This document shows, one piece after another, positions 12,004-23,585 of a stretch of 64,000 bases of DNA. A program made the position numbers and the translations under genes. The first letter of the stretch is position 1. Each line of letters begins with the position of its first letter. The DNA is from Tubulanus polymorphus (taxonomy: Eukaryota > Animalia > Nemertea). Under the pieces are notes generated by a model, which worked only from the letters and a program-made list of their open reading frames with translations, did not search any database and was not told the origin of the DNA. The stretch covers positions 17,380,110 to 17,444,109 of the forward strand of contig NC_134030.1 in the NCBI RefSeq assembly GCF_964204645.1, in the 5' to 3' direction.

Positions 12004-15000
12004 TTATTTTGAATTAAATTCCAGAGGACTGATGTTGCCTATGGAACGCTTATAAACCTTTTTCGAGGTTTCAACATCAACAACACGAATTAATCCATCT
12101 TTTCCTGGATAGACCGATTTGATTTCTCCCAATTTCCACTGCCGCCTTGGAAGATCCTTATCGATAACTAACACAATATCTTCGTTCGCAATGTTCTGAT
12201 TTGGAGACAACCATTTCTTTCTCGCGCTCAACTGGGGTAGAATCTCTTGGATCCACCTACCCCAAAACTGACGAACGACTTCCTGACTATGTCGCCACTG
12301 TTACGCAAATTGAACGGAATGCAGTCTACACTACTCGGCGCAGTATCTCCGCTGTCTCGTCCCACGATAAAATGATTTGGTGTCAACATAGGTTCATTTA
12401 TATCTTGACCAACCAACGGTCTCGAGTTCATTAGTCCTTCAACTAACGTAACGACTGTACGAAACTGCTCATCGTTTAATTCGCTACCTCCGATTATTGC
12501 TTTTATCGAACGCTTTGTGGCTTTAATCATTGTTTCAAATACACCACCGAAATATGGACTAACAGGTGGATTCCAAATCCAGTTTACTCCGTTATTCGCT
12601 AAGTTATTCGATATCTTATCTTGATCAAGACTATAAAGACAATCGACGAGCTCCTTCAACTCTGATTCTCCTGAAACGAAACTTCCACCGTTATCTGATA
12701 AGCATCTTTTAGGCCACCCACGCCTTGCCGCAAATCTTGAGAATGCGCAAAGGAACGAATCTGTATCCAGGCTATCAGTAGCTTCGAGATGTACCGCTCT
12801 GACTTGCAGATCGACCATCAAAAGGAGGTATCTTTTCGCCCTAGTACGACCTCTGCCCATCTTAACTGAAAACGGACCCGCGAAATCCAGACCGATTTCT
12901 GAAAACACATTCCATGATGGGTTTACTCGAATACTAGGCAGAGGAGCCATCTGTTGACTGAGACGCTTCTTTCGTAACCATCTAAGACAATACGCACAGC
13001 TGTTTAGGATTTTCTTAACCGCAGTCGACCCTTGTAAAATCAGAGATTTTCTACGAAGAGTGTTAAGAATATGTACTGGTCCAACACTATGTGCAGTATC
13101 ATCATGTGCCTGTACTATCAAAAGTCTTGTAATGTCACTCGACTTTGACAGAATTATCGGAAATTTTGTTTCTTCCGGTAATAATTCGCATCTTTCGACT
13201 CTCGTTCGCGATCGAAGAACTCCATTTTCGTCCAGGTATGGGTTCAACCCTGCGATTTTACTACTGAGTAATACATGTTTCTTCTTTTCTAATGCTACTA
13301 TTTCTTCACTGAAAGCTTCTCTTTGACCTACTTTCACTAACTCTACCTCCGCTGCTTTCAGTTCATCAGGAGACAATACACGATCATTATTTCTGCTCGA
13401 CTTACACGTTTTACAGTTCAATACAAATCGCTTAACCCACGCATAAATTCGAACCAGCGAAAACTTTCCTGTCCAGGATATACCACCGTTTTGTACGGGT
13501 AACCGTCTAGACCATCGACTAGGTTTCAAACTCCACACAAATTCATCGAGTGGAATATTCGTCATCGAATCATCATTTTCTTTGCGATTTTCTGTATTTT
13601 CGACATTTAAATCCAACGCACGAATCATAAACCCAGTAGGTTTTTCTGTGTCTGGATTTTCGACTGTTTCATGAGTAATATAATCCCTCCAATCTTTACG
13701 AATTTCATCCATTGCTTTGGATGATATTTTGATCTCTGTTTCTGGCCACGAGTCTGAGTTATCACATAGAAATTGTGGTCCGTGCCACCATAACTCTTCA
13801 TCTTTCAACCGAACTATACTGCAGCCTCTTGACGCGACATCTGCCGGATTACAGCTTGTTGGTACGTATCTCCACTGAGACGGAGAGGTAACTTCATGAA
13901 TTTTACCAACACGATTTGAAACAAAAGTCTTGTAGCTTCGACTTTCTCCTCCTAACCAGAACAAAACATCATAAGAGTCGCTCCAGAAAGTAGCTTCTTC
14001 TATTGGTAATTTCATACTTTACTTACTCGTCTTGTCAACTGCATACCAATTTCCGCAGCCATTAACTCTAGCTTAGGAATTGAAATACTCTTTGTTGGAG
14101 CCAACTTCGATTTTGCAGTAACTAGCGTGACAGTAACTGAACCATCTTCATATGTAGTTAACTGATACACTGCTGTGGAGTAAGCTCTAATCGAAGCATC
14201 ACCGAATGTATGTAAAGTCACCGATTTTACATCTTTTCGAGTCTTCAAACATCTTGGTATGTGGAGACATGAGATCAATGACAAATCTTCACACCACAAT
14301 TTCCATTTCTGACGTAATTGTGACGTAAGAATCTCATCCCATTCGAGTCCTTTCAGCCAAATTTCTTGCAGAATGATTTTCGCTTCAAGGACTTTAGGTG
14401 CTATAAGTCCCATTGGGTCAAATATCCGAGCGATATAACTGAGAACTTCACGTTTCGTTATACTGTCGTGGTATTCTGGTACGTTAACTTGATATTCAAA
14501 TGTGTCTGATTCTGCTTTCCAGTAGACACCCAGAACTTTGGTTTTTGGCAATACATTGTCTTGAATCTTCAATCTATCGGATTCCGGAATTTCTTCTAAG
14601 ACAGTTCTGTCATTTGACATCCATTTTCTATAATGAAATCCTCCATCTGTAGCCAAAGCCGTTAACTGTTGTCTGGTGGCTATGGCAACATCTGGGTCAT
14701 CCATTGAACAAATGGTGTCATCCATGTATGTTTTCGAATCAACTGCATCAGCTGCAAGGGGAAAACTTCTTTCTTCATTTTCGCATGAGTCTGCCATACA
14801 TACTGAGCACAGCAAGGAGAGTATGTTCCACCGAATACATGCCTTTTAAATTCATAGACTTCAATTTCACCGGATATCTGATTTTTCCAGAGATATCTAT
14901 GATACTTTCGATCTTCTGGCTTCATTTCTATTTGCAATACATCTGTGAAAGATCTGCACCCATAGCTTTGAGTCCACTTCTGAATGGACCTTTGAATTCG

Positions 15001-17322
15001 ATATAATCTTTGGTCAGGTATTCTGCGATTGTTTCCTCATACGATTTTTTGATGTCCGGATTGGAATCAATTTTCTTCATTAATAATTTAAGTCTGTTCA
15101 ACGCTACTGACTGATTATTTTCCAGATAGGGACTTTCATCCTTCCAAGGAACGCCAATTTCATAACGCTTGCCGTCGAACTTCAACGATTGCTCAAGCTT
15201 TTTCTGAGCTATTTCTTCGTCAACAGATAATTTGGATCTTGATTCATCGAGACCCGATTTTTCTTTCTCCCAAAACGCTTTTAGGGTAGAATCTAACGAA
15301 ATTTCTTCTTCATTCGGATTTTCACGATTAGCCAAAATCGTTTGACAGATTACATGAGTCTGTTTCTTCACGTTATGTGACTGATTTACATTGTCACCGA
15401 TACACGTCCAACCGAACGGACAAAGACGAGCGATTGGATCCGACGGATTTGGACCGCATATTTCTTTCAAACAGTACAGTAGATGTCTACAATCTTTTCC
15501 AAGTATTCCCTCAACTGTAGAATTAACACTAACATCTGGAAAGGGTATACCTTGTAGATGTGTCCACCGATTACGTATCTTCGACCATGCAATCGACACC
15601 ATACTGTCACAAACGTTATCCACTACGTAAAATCGCTGCGTGGCTAAGATTCTATCTGAACCGTTGTAATGTCTTATGTTTACATCACAAACTTTCGATT
15701 TCGTTGAAATTTCCGAACCATCGAATACTTTAACCGTCAAAGTTTCATTGTTATATTTCAAATTACGCATATGCGATACAGCGTGAGTACTGAGGTAACT
15801 AATGTCACTGCAATCATCTAGAAGAACTATTATCTGACGTTTATCATGACCATCACCAATATAGATAGGAAGAGTTCTCATTCCAACGTTCACTGAACTA
15901 TCTATAGCATATATCTGCTTCGCCATAAACGAACCATTCTTTTTTACGTCAGTTTCTAATGACGACTGGCTAGTTTCTTGATCTGTAGTTTCATCATCTT
16001 TATTTTCCCGATCATAAATTTCTGATTTCTTAAACTTCGGTCGATGCAACATCGAACTGTGTGTTAGAGTACAGCCAGATACTCCACACTGTCGTCTACT
16101 ATTACAATCCGAACCACGGTGATACGGACGTAAACATCGAAAACATAAACCAAGCCTTTTTGCAGTAGTCCAACGTTCATTTTTCATCTTTCGGAAACGG
16201 TCGCATTTTACTTCAGTGTGTTCCATTCCACACACGCTACATTTTACTGAATTACCCACGAAGGTACCACTACGTTTATTCGGTAATTTTCTATCAACAG
16301 TCTTCGAATCATTCGATACTCCATGAAGACCCTTAACTGCTTCACGAGCTTTCACCTTTCGCGCAACGACTTCTGAAAAACCATTCACTTAAGGAAGCAA
16401 GACCTTCGTCACATGATCTCGAGCTTAACCAGTCATAGTACTGTACAAGCAATATCTCAGGAATCTTTCGAGATACGATGCTATACCAAGCACCATCGCC
16501 GAGATCATCACCTTTTCCTCCAGCTTTCAATTTTGCTACTGCAACGACGAGATTATCCGACAATTTTTCTAATTTGTCGATATCATAAACTGACGGCTTT
16601 TCTGACTTTTCCAATTCATCTAAATATCCCTGTAGTTTCCTTCGTTCACCACCAAAAATCTGAACGAGTAACTTTTTTGCCGCTTCGTATTCCTCTAAGC
16701 TATAACCGAAACCCTTTATGGTATCAATAGCTTTTCCTTTCAACGAGTTCATCAACCGTAGCATTTTATTAGCTGCTGGTTCATCTGTACTGTCAACTAC
16801 GTTCACGAAGGCCATCCAGTAACTGTCGAATGTCAACTTATTTCCATCAAATACAGGAACTTTTATGCGTTCAAGTTTGGAAACAGCTGCCGTAACCGAC
16901 GATTCATCTTCTTCAAGGCTAATTCTCTTTCTTGGAGTGGACGTTTTCTTTTTACTCGTGTCATTAGATTCATTGACCGAACGATTCAATAACAGAGAGC
17001 GAGCCTTTTCTATTTCATATTCTGTTGAATTAAAAACCTCTTCTGCTTCAGCTTGAATATTCTGAACGCCTTTACTGTTATTTTCTGTTAAGTGGAGTTG
17101 TTCTAACTCATCTAGTACTGACAGGACTAAATCTCTTTTCTCATGAATATTGTCTATTATTTCTAATACGTGACTACCATCAGTATCTTCTTTACTTTCT
17201 AAGACCTTTGCTGTCAATTTTGTTAGGAGTCTACTCAAAGTGCTTTTTTCTATTTTCTTAAGCTTTTTCAGCTCACCTAAACCACGTTTTGAAGTATTTC
17301 CGGTTGCATCAACATCAGCCAT
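12004..17322 (-). pseudogene. BEL/Pao gag-pol polyprotein (DUF1759-type gag, three Cys/His knuckles, protease, partly deleted RT, Pao RNaseH, integrase), broken by several frameshifts
   Basis: CFRCL..H..C and C.V.GC...H..MLH; LLDDCS; YMDD; IFDPMG, TFGDAS, AKSKLAP, SIPKLELMAA; WSDS, NPADVASRG; GLDFAGP, SDNG, GGVFE. Confidence 0.95.
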
Positions 17323-17433
17323 GATTGCGAAATATTGTCAGCAGTTACTGAAGTCTAATTATCTGATGTTAATACTTGCTCTTTCTGATGTTCTATTTCT
17401 ATTTCATGAGCCAGCTTTACAGTTTTCTTGTGT

Positions 17434-17451
17434 TCCCGGGTTTCGGCACCA
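17434..17451 (-). promoter_or_regulatory. Primer binding site, tRNA-Phe (BEL element)
   Basis: TGGTGCCGAAACCCGGGA = complement of the 3' 18 nt of eukaryotic tRNA-Phe(GAA). Confidence 0.95.
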
Positions 17452-20400
17452 TTTTATGTTCTTGTTTATCCTCGGGTCCTGGCGTTTCTTGCCCCCTTCA
17501 GTTCCCCAACTTATTTACTCTCTCTATCTACCAAGTTTCATCCACATGATCTCTCCCAAATTTGGTCTGATTTTTACAGAATATGCAACCTCCACCAACA
17601 ACTCCGAATAGAAAATACATTCCCAACCAACAACACTATATACCATGTTTCTGAATCCATCCCCTAGGCTAAACTACATGTATTACATTTCATTAGCCCT
17701 TAAACCAACTCTACGCATCAATCATAATAGTCATATATTACCGGACGGAAATAAAGAAAAATAAAATTCATCTTCATTTTACTTCCATTTAAAATTCGGA
17801 GGCGGTTCCTGTAAACCTCGTTATTAAAAAGGCGTAATATCAATCATATGTCTACATAACGAATACATAAATTAAATGGATCAAGACACAACTATATATT
17901 CAACATTTCAGAGAGAGAAGAGTGATTTATCCCAGTCTTTCACATATCTTTATATCATTTTATATAGATAACAATAACTTATAAATCACTTTATTTCCAA
18001 CTTTCATTACCACATTGTTAAAGCGGTTTCCATCGCCGCTAATGCCTTATAACGTTTACACAATATAGCCGATACTATCACGGCTATAATTTCTAATGGA
18101 ATAAGTATATTACTCCCGATTTTTAAATAGCTATGTGTCCCCTTAATGCCCTACTCCAGTGAGACAGCAATGAGCATTTTCCAATTATAGTCATTCCTCA
18201 ATCTAGCAATTGGACATTGTTGCGAGGGCGCAGAGTGGCGACTAGTCTCTGAGACATCTGGGTGATCCATCTGTGCCGGGCAAAGGACATTGTACTCGTC
18301 TATGCACGAACGTTATGCATAGACGGACTTTATCAAGGCTTCCTTCGCTGTTAAGTTATTCGGCGTTTTCTTCGCCGAAAGTAGTTGAATCAAGTAGTAG
18401 TGTCGTTTGCGTCAACCCGTAGTACATTGATGTAGTATCAGAGTGGTAGTAGAGCAGTACCAGAAGTTGGAGATAGGCATCAAAGCGATTTTATCAGCGT
18501 AATTCTGGTAGTGACATCTGAAGCAGTCCTATAGTACACCTGATGTAGTAGCTGATGACAACAAGGCAGTACAGTTGTACACGTGAGCGGCGGCGATCTT
18601 AACCAATCAACGAGCAGCTTGGTGTCTTCTTGCGGCAAAATGTTTTTGTTTTGTATTTTTGTCATAGCGGGCACTTGACGTCTGTGGTTTTCTTCAGAGA
18701 CTGGGATGTGACTTCCAACGGTGTAGTTAGCAGTACCTGCAACCAGGCCTTTTTGAAGATAAGTGTAATGGCTATATCTCATCGTCTAATATCGACAATA
18801 TGAAGTACCTCTTTGCTTTCTCATGACATTACACGCAAGGGTCGACACCAATTCTAAGTTATACGTATATGTTAAAACATGCAGATTCATTAGATTAGAT
18901 ATTTTAAAATATAAACCTAAGTTGTTGCACCTGAAAAAAACTTTTGATAAATGGTGTAGAGAAACAAAAATTAATTTCTGTTTACTACCGCACGCACTCT
19001 TTGCCGTCTGTTGTTATGAATGCTATGAGCCTAGTGCAGACTTGGGTAATCAACAGCTGAAGGCATCAACTAATAGTGTGTTGAGTCAGGGCGAACTCTA
19101 TCAGCGAAATGCTGAAAGGTGAGAAACTATGCAAGCTCAAAGATTGTATTGATTTCAGTATGTAAAATGTCCAAAAGTAAAGTTCTTTGCTTCTTCTGTG
19201 CGCCAACTTTATCTGGTGATCAGTATTAGATCATTATTTTATTTATGTGAGAAAAATTGGCTCTTTTTGAAATTTCATACTCTCTATACGAGTTATATAT
19301 TAATAATACTGTTAGAATAAATATGCCGTGGTATACATATATAAATATGCATACCTATATAAATCCATACAATGTACGTAAACACATACACAGTATAAAG
19401 TTGCAACTCTCATATATTTGTTAAAAAATTATATCTTTGTTGATCATACTCAGTTTTCTAAATTCTAAGTACTAAATAATAGATCTACATACTAAATATT
19501 CGCAATGGAAATTACTAGGGTGATGTTTCGACGGGCAACGAAATCATTTTCCCATCCGGGTATGCCAAATAAAGATAAGTCTCAAAACTTAAGCCAATAA
19601 TTTTCTGAATACGGAAGTATTGGATCCAAGAAATCCGTGGATCCAGTCCGACTTTACCATTATAAGGATGCCGTATGGAACTTTATTAATATAGTAGGGC
19701 AGTCGGGAAAATCGCGGATTTAAATATTTAGGACATCATCCAAAGAGGAAAGGGACAAAACTACCGTGCACCCTCCGCGTTGAAATCTATAACAATTAAT
19801 CAAATACCTCGAGATAAACAGACCAGTCTGGGCGAGGATGTAAAAAAACAATGGTTAGTAGCAAAATGTGAGAATTTGCGTGGATACGCTCCAAGACAAA
19901 GTAAGTATGGGCGGAACCATCTGCCAAGACATTTTCTGAGGTGGGTGGAACAAAGGTCAGAGACCTATTGACAGTAATCCTAAATCCGGTAGCCACAGGA
20001 TAGCGTTCGTGGCTATAGGGGGAATTAATGCCGCTAGTCCCCTGCGGTTACCGCGATACAGTAAAATGCGATCACGAGAGCTACTAGACTAGACGCTAGT
20101 GAAATACAACTAATTAAGTCGGATTGGGACACGCCCATTAGACTTGAGGATTCACGCCACGGAGACGCAAGAGCATCCGCCTTCGTGGCAAAAAGCTCGA
20201 CCTTCCTGTGCCCCTCCGCTGACACCTTACGGAAGCTGGCGGTGAACTTCTGCTCAGTGTCAGCTACTTTGTCCCATTTGTCTGTTTTGATGGTTATTGT
20301 TGTGGATCTGTATTCTCCACCAATGTTGTGGTGCTGGTTTGCGTTCTTCACTCGTGTTGTTGTTGTTTAATTCCTCCGAGTATGAGGGTTCATCCGATTC

Positions 20401-21074
20401 GAGATATTCCTCTCACTCGAGAATAATAATAACACTTCTCGTGGATCTAAGTTTCTTTCTTTATTCTGCCAATACAATTCTTATTCCTTCCTACCCTACA
20501 GCTCGTATCTTAAGCTTCTCCACCACTCTCGCTCTCAACCCCCTTACTGTGCTGACCCTCCCTTTTTATACCATTTCATGTTACTCACGACGTATACTTC
20601 TACATAGCTCGGTATTGATCCGCAGCTGAATTGTACTTTCAAAAAGATCAAACGATTTGTATACGTAGGTTTCTTGGCATGGTCCTGGGAGAACACACGC
20701 ATTGTTCCTTATGTACGATAATACATTATCCGCCTTAATGGTTGTTTGTCTGAAACATTTATACTTGTATCAGACGAACATTCTAAATCACTTTGAAGGT
20801 AATCACGGCGCTGTAGTCATGAGAAGAATTCGTGGAAATGAGCAATTATGAAATCAACTTATGAAACACTCGCTGACCCTTAGTCTGATAATTCGATAAT
20901 AAGGAGTAATATTAAAGAGTAATATTAAAAAGTAATATTAAAGAGTTTTATTATTTTAATTAATAAGAGTTTGTGTGTTTAAATTTGTATGTACTAATAA
21001 TGATAAAGAATATAAATAAGAAAGATGATATTTCGGCTTACATTGTATATTACTATTTAGACAAAATTAAATAC

Positions 21075-22353
21075 TGATCCGCGGCAAGATTCCGTAGTAA
21101 CTAAAAAATGTTTGTAATGTTGGTTTTTGTTTGCGTTGGTGGTTTCTTTGTGGGTATCAGACAACAAACGATGTAGTCTAAAATTGTGCAAGTTGTTGTT
21201 TGATGCTTCGATCTATCAGTGCTGACAATAAATCAGCCTGGTGCAAAAATAATTCTTTCTCGGTTCTTGTGCTGCGATATCTGGCAAACATTCAGAATCA
21301 TTTTTAAACTTAAGAATAGACGGAACCGTAATTGGTTGGGTCGGAACAATGAGGTGCTTTGATAATGTGGTTTGTGCAGGGATCTCGCTGTTACTTCTTG
21401 ATACTCCCGACTACTTTCTATAAAAGGAAGAACCGGAAGTATAGGAAGACATTGTTGTTTTGCTTTATCCTGTATTATAATAGAATTAGTTAAATTATAA
21501 ATGAAAATTGGTATTATAAGTATAGAATGATTTTAGATTTGATAATTAATTACATTGTATTTCTGAATCAAAAGTTTACTATTGTTAATTGGAAAAAGAA
21601 ACGATGAGTTTGTTCCATAATCTAGGTGAAAACTAAGTTTTGAAAATATATCTAAATTAAGTATCCTGGATGTTAATTAAGGACAAGACCTTTATAATCG
21701 CTTAAGTTTTATGGAAGTTTAATTGTGGCAAATATCAATACTAGCTCTCTAAAGTTTCTGTTGGTGTACATGTCTGTTGGTAACTCGTAGAGAATAGCTG
21801 CTCTCTCAACAATGATAAGCAAGGAGTGAGTAAATCAAAGCGCGTCATGACAGGAGGGTTGAAAAGAAAAGTTACTTTGGCAAATCAGTTTCTCAAATAA
21901 TTTTAGATTAGCGAATCATTAAGGCTAATTCTACATGTCCAAAACCGTCATGACAGCTAGGTTGCTGCTCCTTGCCAAAAGTCGAACGGGAGAGTCGGCA
22001 TTCTAGGAATGCCGATCTTTTCTATAAAAGAGGCCCGCAGTCTTGAGAAAGCAGACCTACTAGGGACGCTCGTTAAGATACTTGAGATTTGGGTTGAAAT
22101 ACCAGAATTAAGACGGGTTACCAACAGTAGTGTACAATAGGAATTTAGAGTTAGGAATTGGACTGTGTGCTATCTGGAGATATTACTATTATCAAGGTAA
22201 ATAAAATCTATTTTATTTTTATTATATTCAATCAGAATTTCGGCATTTTAGTTTGATTATTTGGGTTTGTGCACGGACACGTTCTCTCGCCAGGGACCGA
22301 TCTTTACGTTTTTATATTCAACGATTAAGGAGAGGATTGTGACCGGTGTATCA
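21075..22353 (+). repeat. 5' LTR of family A copy 2
   Basis: Direct repeat of 28973-30251. Confidence 0.97.
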
Positions 22354-22354
22354 T

Positions 22355-22372
22355 TGGTGCCGAAACCCGGGA
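22355..22372 (+). promoter_or_regulatory. Primer binding site, tRNA-Phe
   Basis: TGGTGCCGAAACCCGGGA, 1 nt after the LTR end. Confidence 0.95.
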
Positions 22373-22430
22373 AATCAATAATCTTCGGTTTACGATAAAC
22401 TTTTTACATTAATTGTTTAGTTTTGTTCAA

Positions 22431-22958
22431 ATGGTACATATTTCCGTATGCTCCCACTGTGGTGCGAGGAACGCATTCTCTAAGAAGCGCCGCACTACAA
22501 CCAACTCAACATACGAAAAGAAATTGTGGGGGTCGAACCCACCTAATACCAAACCGTTTGAAATTCCGGTCGAGTTTCGGGAACCATTGTGGGATTTGAA
22601 CCCACTGCCCCCTCCGGTCGACCCTGTTGAGACACTGCGGGATTCGAACCCCAGAGGTGCACAGCCATTTGAGATCCCGGAAGAGTATCGGGAGCCGTTG
22701 TGGGATTCGAACCCACTGCTGACTTTGGCCGTATCTGCTGAGCCTTTACGGGATTCTAACCCGACCGCCACACAGCGCGAAGCTTCGATCACCTCGAGGG
22801 ATTCGAACCCTCTCGAACGCCGGCAAAGGGTAAAGCCAGTGAAAGTGCCCGAGAAATTCGACCCATTTTGGGCACATTTCTTTCGCGATTTTGCAAACCC
22901 GGCCGAGTTGTTCTTTGGTGATAAAGACGCTGACGGCTATTTCCTTTGTCCAGCATAG
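22431..22958 (+). CDS. Accessory ORF1: CxxC + six (W/R)DSNP repeats + conserved aromatic C-terminus
   Basis: Open frame from ATG 22431; C-terminus FWAHFF.DFANPAELFFGDKDADGYFLCP is also present in copy 1 (~4735-4825). Confidence 0.6.
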   Translation: MVHISVCSHCGARNAFSKKRRTTTNSTYEKKLWGSNPPNTKPFEIPVEFREPLWDLNPLPPPVDPVETLRDSNPRGAQPFEIPEEYREPLWDSNPLLTLAVSAEPLRDSNPTATQREASITSRDSNPLERRQRVKPVKVPEKFDPFWAHFFRDFANPAELFFGDKDADGYFLCPA

Positions 22959-23052
22959 ACTAAGGGGGTCTTATAGTACCAGTCAATTGTTAACTTTATG
23001 ATTGCCTGATTGTTATTTGTGGAAAATATTTTGTGTTGTTTGTGATTGATAC

Positions 23053-23493
23053 ATGTCAGCTGGGTTGAGGTGTGGTTACTGTGGGGCAACGGTTTACAAG
23101 ACGCACACGCTTGCCCCAGTCCCCAAGTCTAGTTGGGAGGTACCAGCTCATTTAAGGGAGCCACTGTGGGATTCGAACCCACTCAGCACCAAGGGTACCA
23201 CTAACAACAGAGCTGCTGAACAGCCACTGTGGGATTCGAACCCACTTAGCATCAAGGGTATTACCAACGACAGAGCTGTTGAACAGCCACTGTGGGATTC
23301 AAACCCACTCAGCACAAAGGGTACCAATAACGACGGAGCGGTCGGACAGACTCTGAGGGATTCGAACCCTCCACCCAGCGGGCTTAATATTTATACGTCT
23401 ACCTGGGATCAGGGGGATTTCAGTTTATGTGCTATCCCTGACCACAACGTATTGTTGGCTGATAAGTCGCGAATATACAGCTACTTTGATTAA
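23053..23493 (+). CDS. Accessory ORF2: CxxC + four (W/R)DSNP repeats (63-bp period), paralog of ORF1
   Basis: ORF track; N-terminus conserved in copy 1 (MSVGLKCGHCGATVYKTHTLAPVPKSTWEVPAHLREPLWDSNP). Confidence 0.65.
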   Translation: MSAGLRCGYCGATVYKTHTLAPVPKSSWEVPAHLREPLWDSNPLSTKGTTNNRAAEQPLWDSNPLSIKGITNDRAVEQPLWDSNPLSTKGTNNDGAVGQTLRDSNPPPSGLNIYTSTWDQGDFSLCAIPDHNVLLADKSRIYSYFD

Positions 23494-23585
23494 ATTGGGG
23501 TTATTTATTTAAATTATAATAAGCAATTAAACTCGAATTGTATAATTTTCTTTTTGGTGATTATTATTTGTAAGTTAGTACGTTA

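Larger units (their letters stand above)
11275..17905 (-). mobile_element. BEL/Pao LTR retrotransposon, degenerate
   Basis: gag-pol with BEL hallmarks; tRNA-Phe PBS; LTR 3' ends ...GGATAAACAAGAACA at 17457 and 11275. Outer LTR boundaries (17905, 11489) are inferred from TG starts and a purine tract. Confidence 0.9.

Noticed and set aside
11275-17905. BEL element as the helper for family A (same tRNA-Phe PBS)
   Set aside because: Family A Gag is Gypsy-type with 4-bp TSDs, whereas BEL elements typically make 5-6-bp TSDs; this BEL copy is also dead
18150-19130. Possible coding relic (ORFs 18480-18782, 18823-19122)
   Set aside because: Stops in all frames and no recognisable motif
22526-23371. 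tRNA gene cluster or CRISPR-like array
   Set aside because: Only T-arm 17-mers are present, with no D or anticodon arms. Spacers are related to each other, there are no cas genes and the context is eukaryotic
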